Source: a virus
Lineage: Duplodnaviria; Caudoviricetes
Direction: 5' to 3' (one strand)
Length of the DNA stretch: 36,996 nucleotides
IMG/VR virus record: IMGVR_UViG_3300034091_000019
Span: 1 to 36,996 of that record
A program made the translations under genes and the position numbers. Positions within the stretch are counted from its first letter, which is position 1, and each line of letters starts with the position of its first letter. Positions 36,358 to 36,996 of this stretch are shown here, piece by piece. The notes under the pieces were generated by a model. That model saw only the letters and a program-made list of their open reading frames with translations, had not been told where the DNA came from and searched no databases.

Positions 36358-36996
36358 ATGTGTGAATTTATTTCTTACATTGAGAAAAACGGAGAGATTT
36401 TATATCTCACTGACAAAGAAGTATTTTCAAAGTTTGGCAAAGAACATCTAAAAGGTTGCCAGCACAATGATATACTTGGGCATGGTGCTATTCGTAAGTT
36501 TTACAATATACAAGGTGGTAAAGACAGAGAAATAAGAGATTTTTGGAATACTGAGAAACTTCCTAAAGAAATCGACGCTAAAATCAAAGAATTTGACAAA
36601 TATTGGGGCAAAATATTTAAAAGTGGTTATTTCCAACCTGATGATTTGCAATATATCCACACAAATGCCCCGCAACCTTGGAAGGATAAAGCTTTTAACC
36701 AAATGCTAACCCAAGGCTACGTGTACGTGGACAACTGCCCTGAGTTTAAGGGCTTCCCTGATGGGTTCACAGCCCAAGGCGACGTGTACGTGTACAACTG
36801 CCCTGAGTTTAAGGGCTTCCCTGATGGGTTCACAGCCCAGGGCTACGTGTACGTGGACAACTGCCCTGAGTTTAAGGGCTTCCCTGATGGGTTCACAGCC
36901 CAAGGCTACGTGTACGTGGACAACTGCCCTGAGTTTAAGGGCTTCCCTGATGGGTTCACAGCCCAAGGCGACGTGTACGTGTACAACTCACCTGAG
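36358..36996 (+). CDS. LRR-like 21-aa repeat protein (runs off the right edge; not in the ORF track)
   Basis: AGGAGG RBS; MCEFISYIE...GHGAIR.FY... followed by (QGYVYVDNCPEFKGFPDGFTA)n; open to the window end. Confidence 0.85.
   Translation, partial: MCEFISYIEKNGEILYLTDKEVFSKFGKEHLKGCQHNDILGHGAIRKFYNIQGGKDREIRDFWNTEKLPKEIDAKIKEFDKYWGKIFKSGYFQPDDLQYIHTNAPQPWKDKAFNQMLTQGYVYVDNCPEFKGFPDGFTAQGDVYVYNCPEFKGFPDGFTAQGYVYVDNCPEFKGFPDGFTAQGYVYVDNCPEFKGFPDGFTAQGDVYVYNSPE
36712..36996 (+). repeat. 63-bp tandem repeat, 4.5 copies visible
   Basis: Units start at 36712, 36775, 36838, 36901 and 36964. Confidence 0.97.

Noticed and set aside
36706-36966. Minus-strand repeat ORF, or a CRISPR-like array
   Set aside because: Antisense of the LRR gene; units are contiguous 63-mers with no unique spacers
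36712-36996. Complete diversity-generating retroelement
   Set aside because: No reverse transcriptase, Avd or template repeat in the window

Overview
A ~37 kb piece of a tailed dsDNA phage or prophage with podovirus-type architecture, broken at both ends inside tandem-repeat genes. From ~32.9 kb leftward, everything is on the minus strand: Sf6/P22-like terS, a ~550 bp non-coding gap, a partly decayed block (amber-interrupted conserved gene, structured leader, truncated replication initiator with origin-like repeats), small genes, a VRR-NUC nuclease, an HNH endonuclease, terL, a cluster of small coupled ORFs, P22-like portal, scaffold, N4-gp56/DUF4043-type major capsid protein (MCP), adaptor/tail genes, three putative ejection proteins, a PurD-like ATP-grasp enzyme, a KTSC protein and more tail genes. 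From ~33.3 kb rightward there is a plus-strand early/accessory region with a 62-bp duplication, a truncated DUF2201/vWA gene, an XRE HTH and a 21-aa LRR-like repeat gene. The most unusual signals: (1) up to four small ORFs between terL and portal that each resemble a different piece of a capsid protein, in non-colinear order (possible capsid-fragment decoys); (2) four signal-peptide proteins inside the virion operon; (3) a small gene fully nested out of frame in an ejection-protein gene; (4) an LRR array varying almost only at Tyr/Asp surface positions; (5) a 44-bp IS200/IS605-like end scar. All family calls come from recognising motifs by eye; no searches were run.
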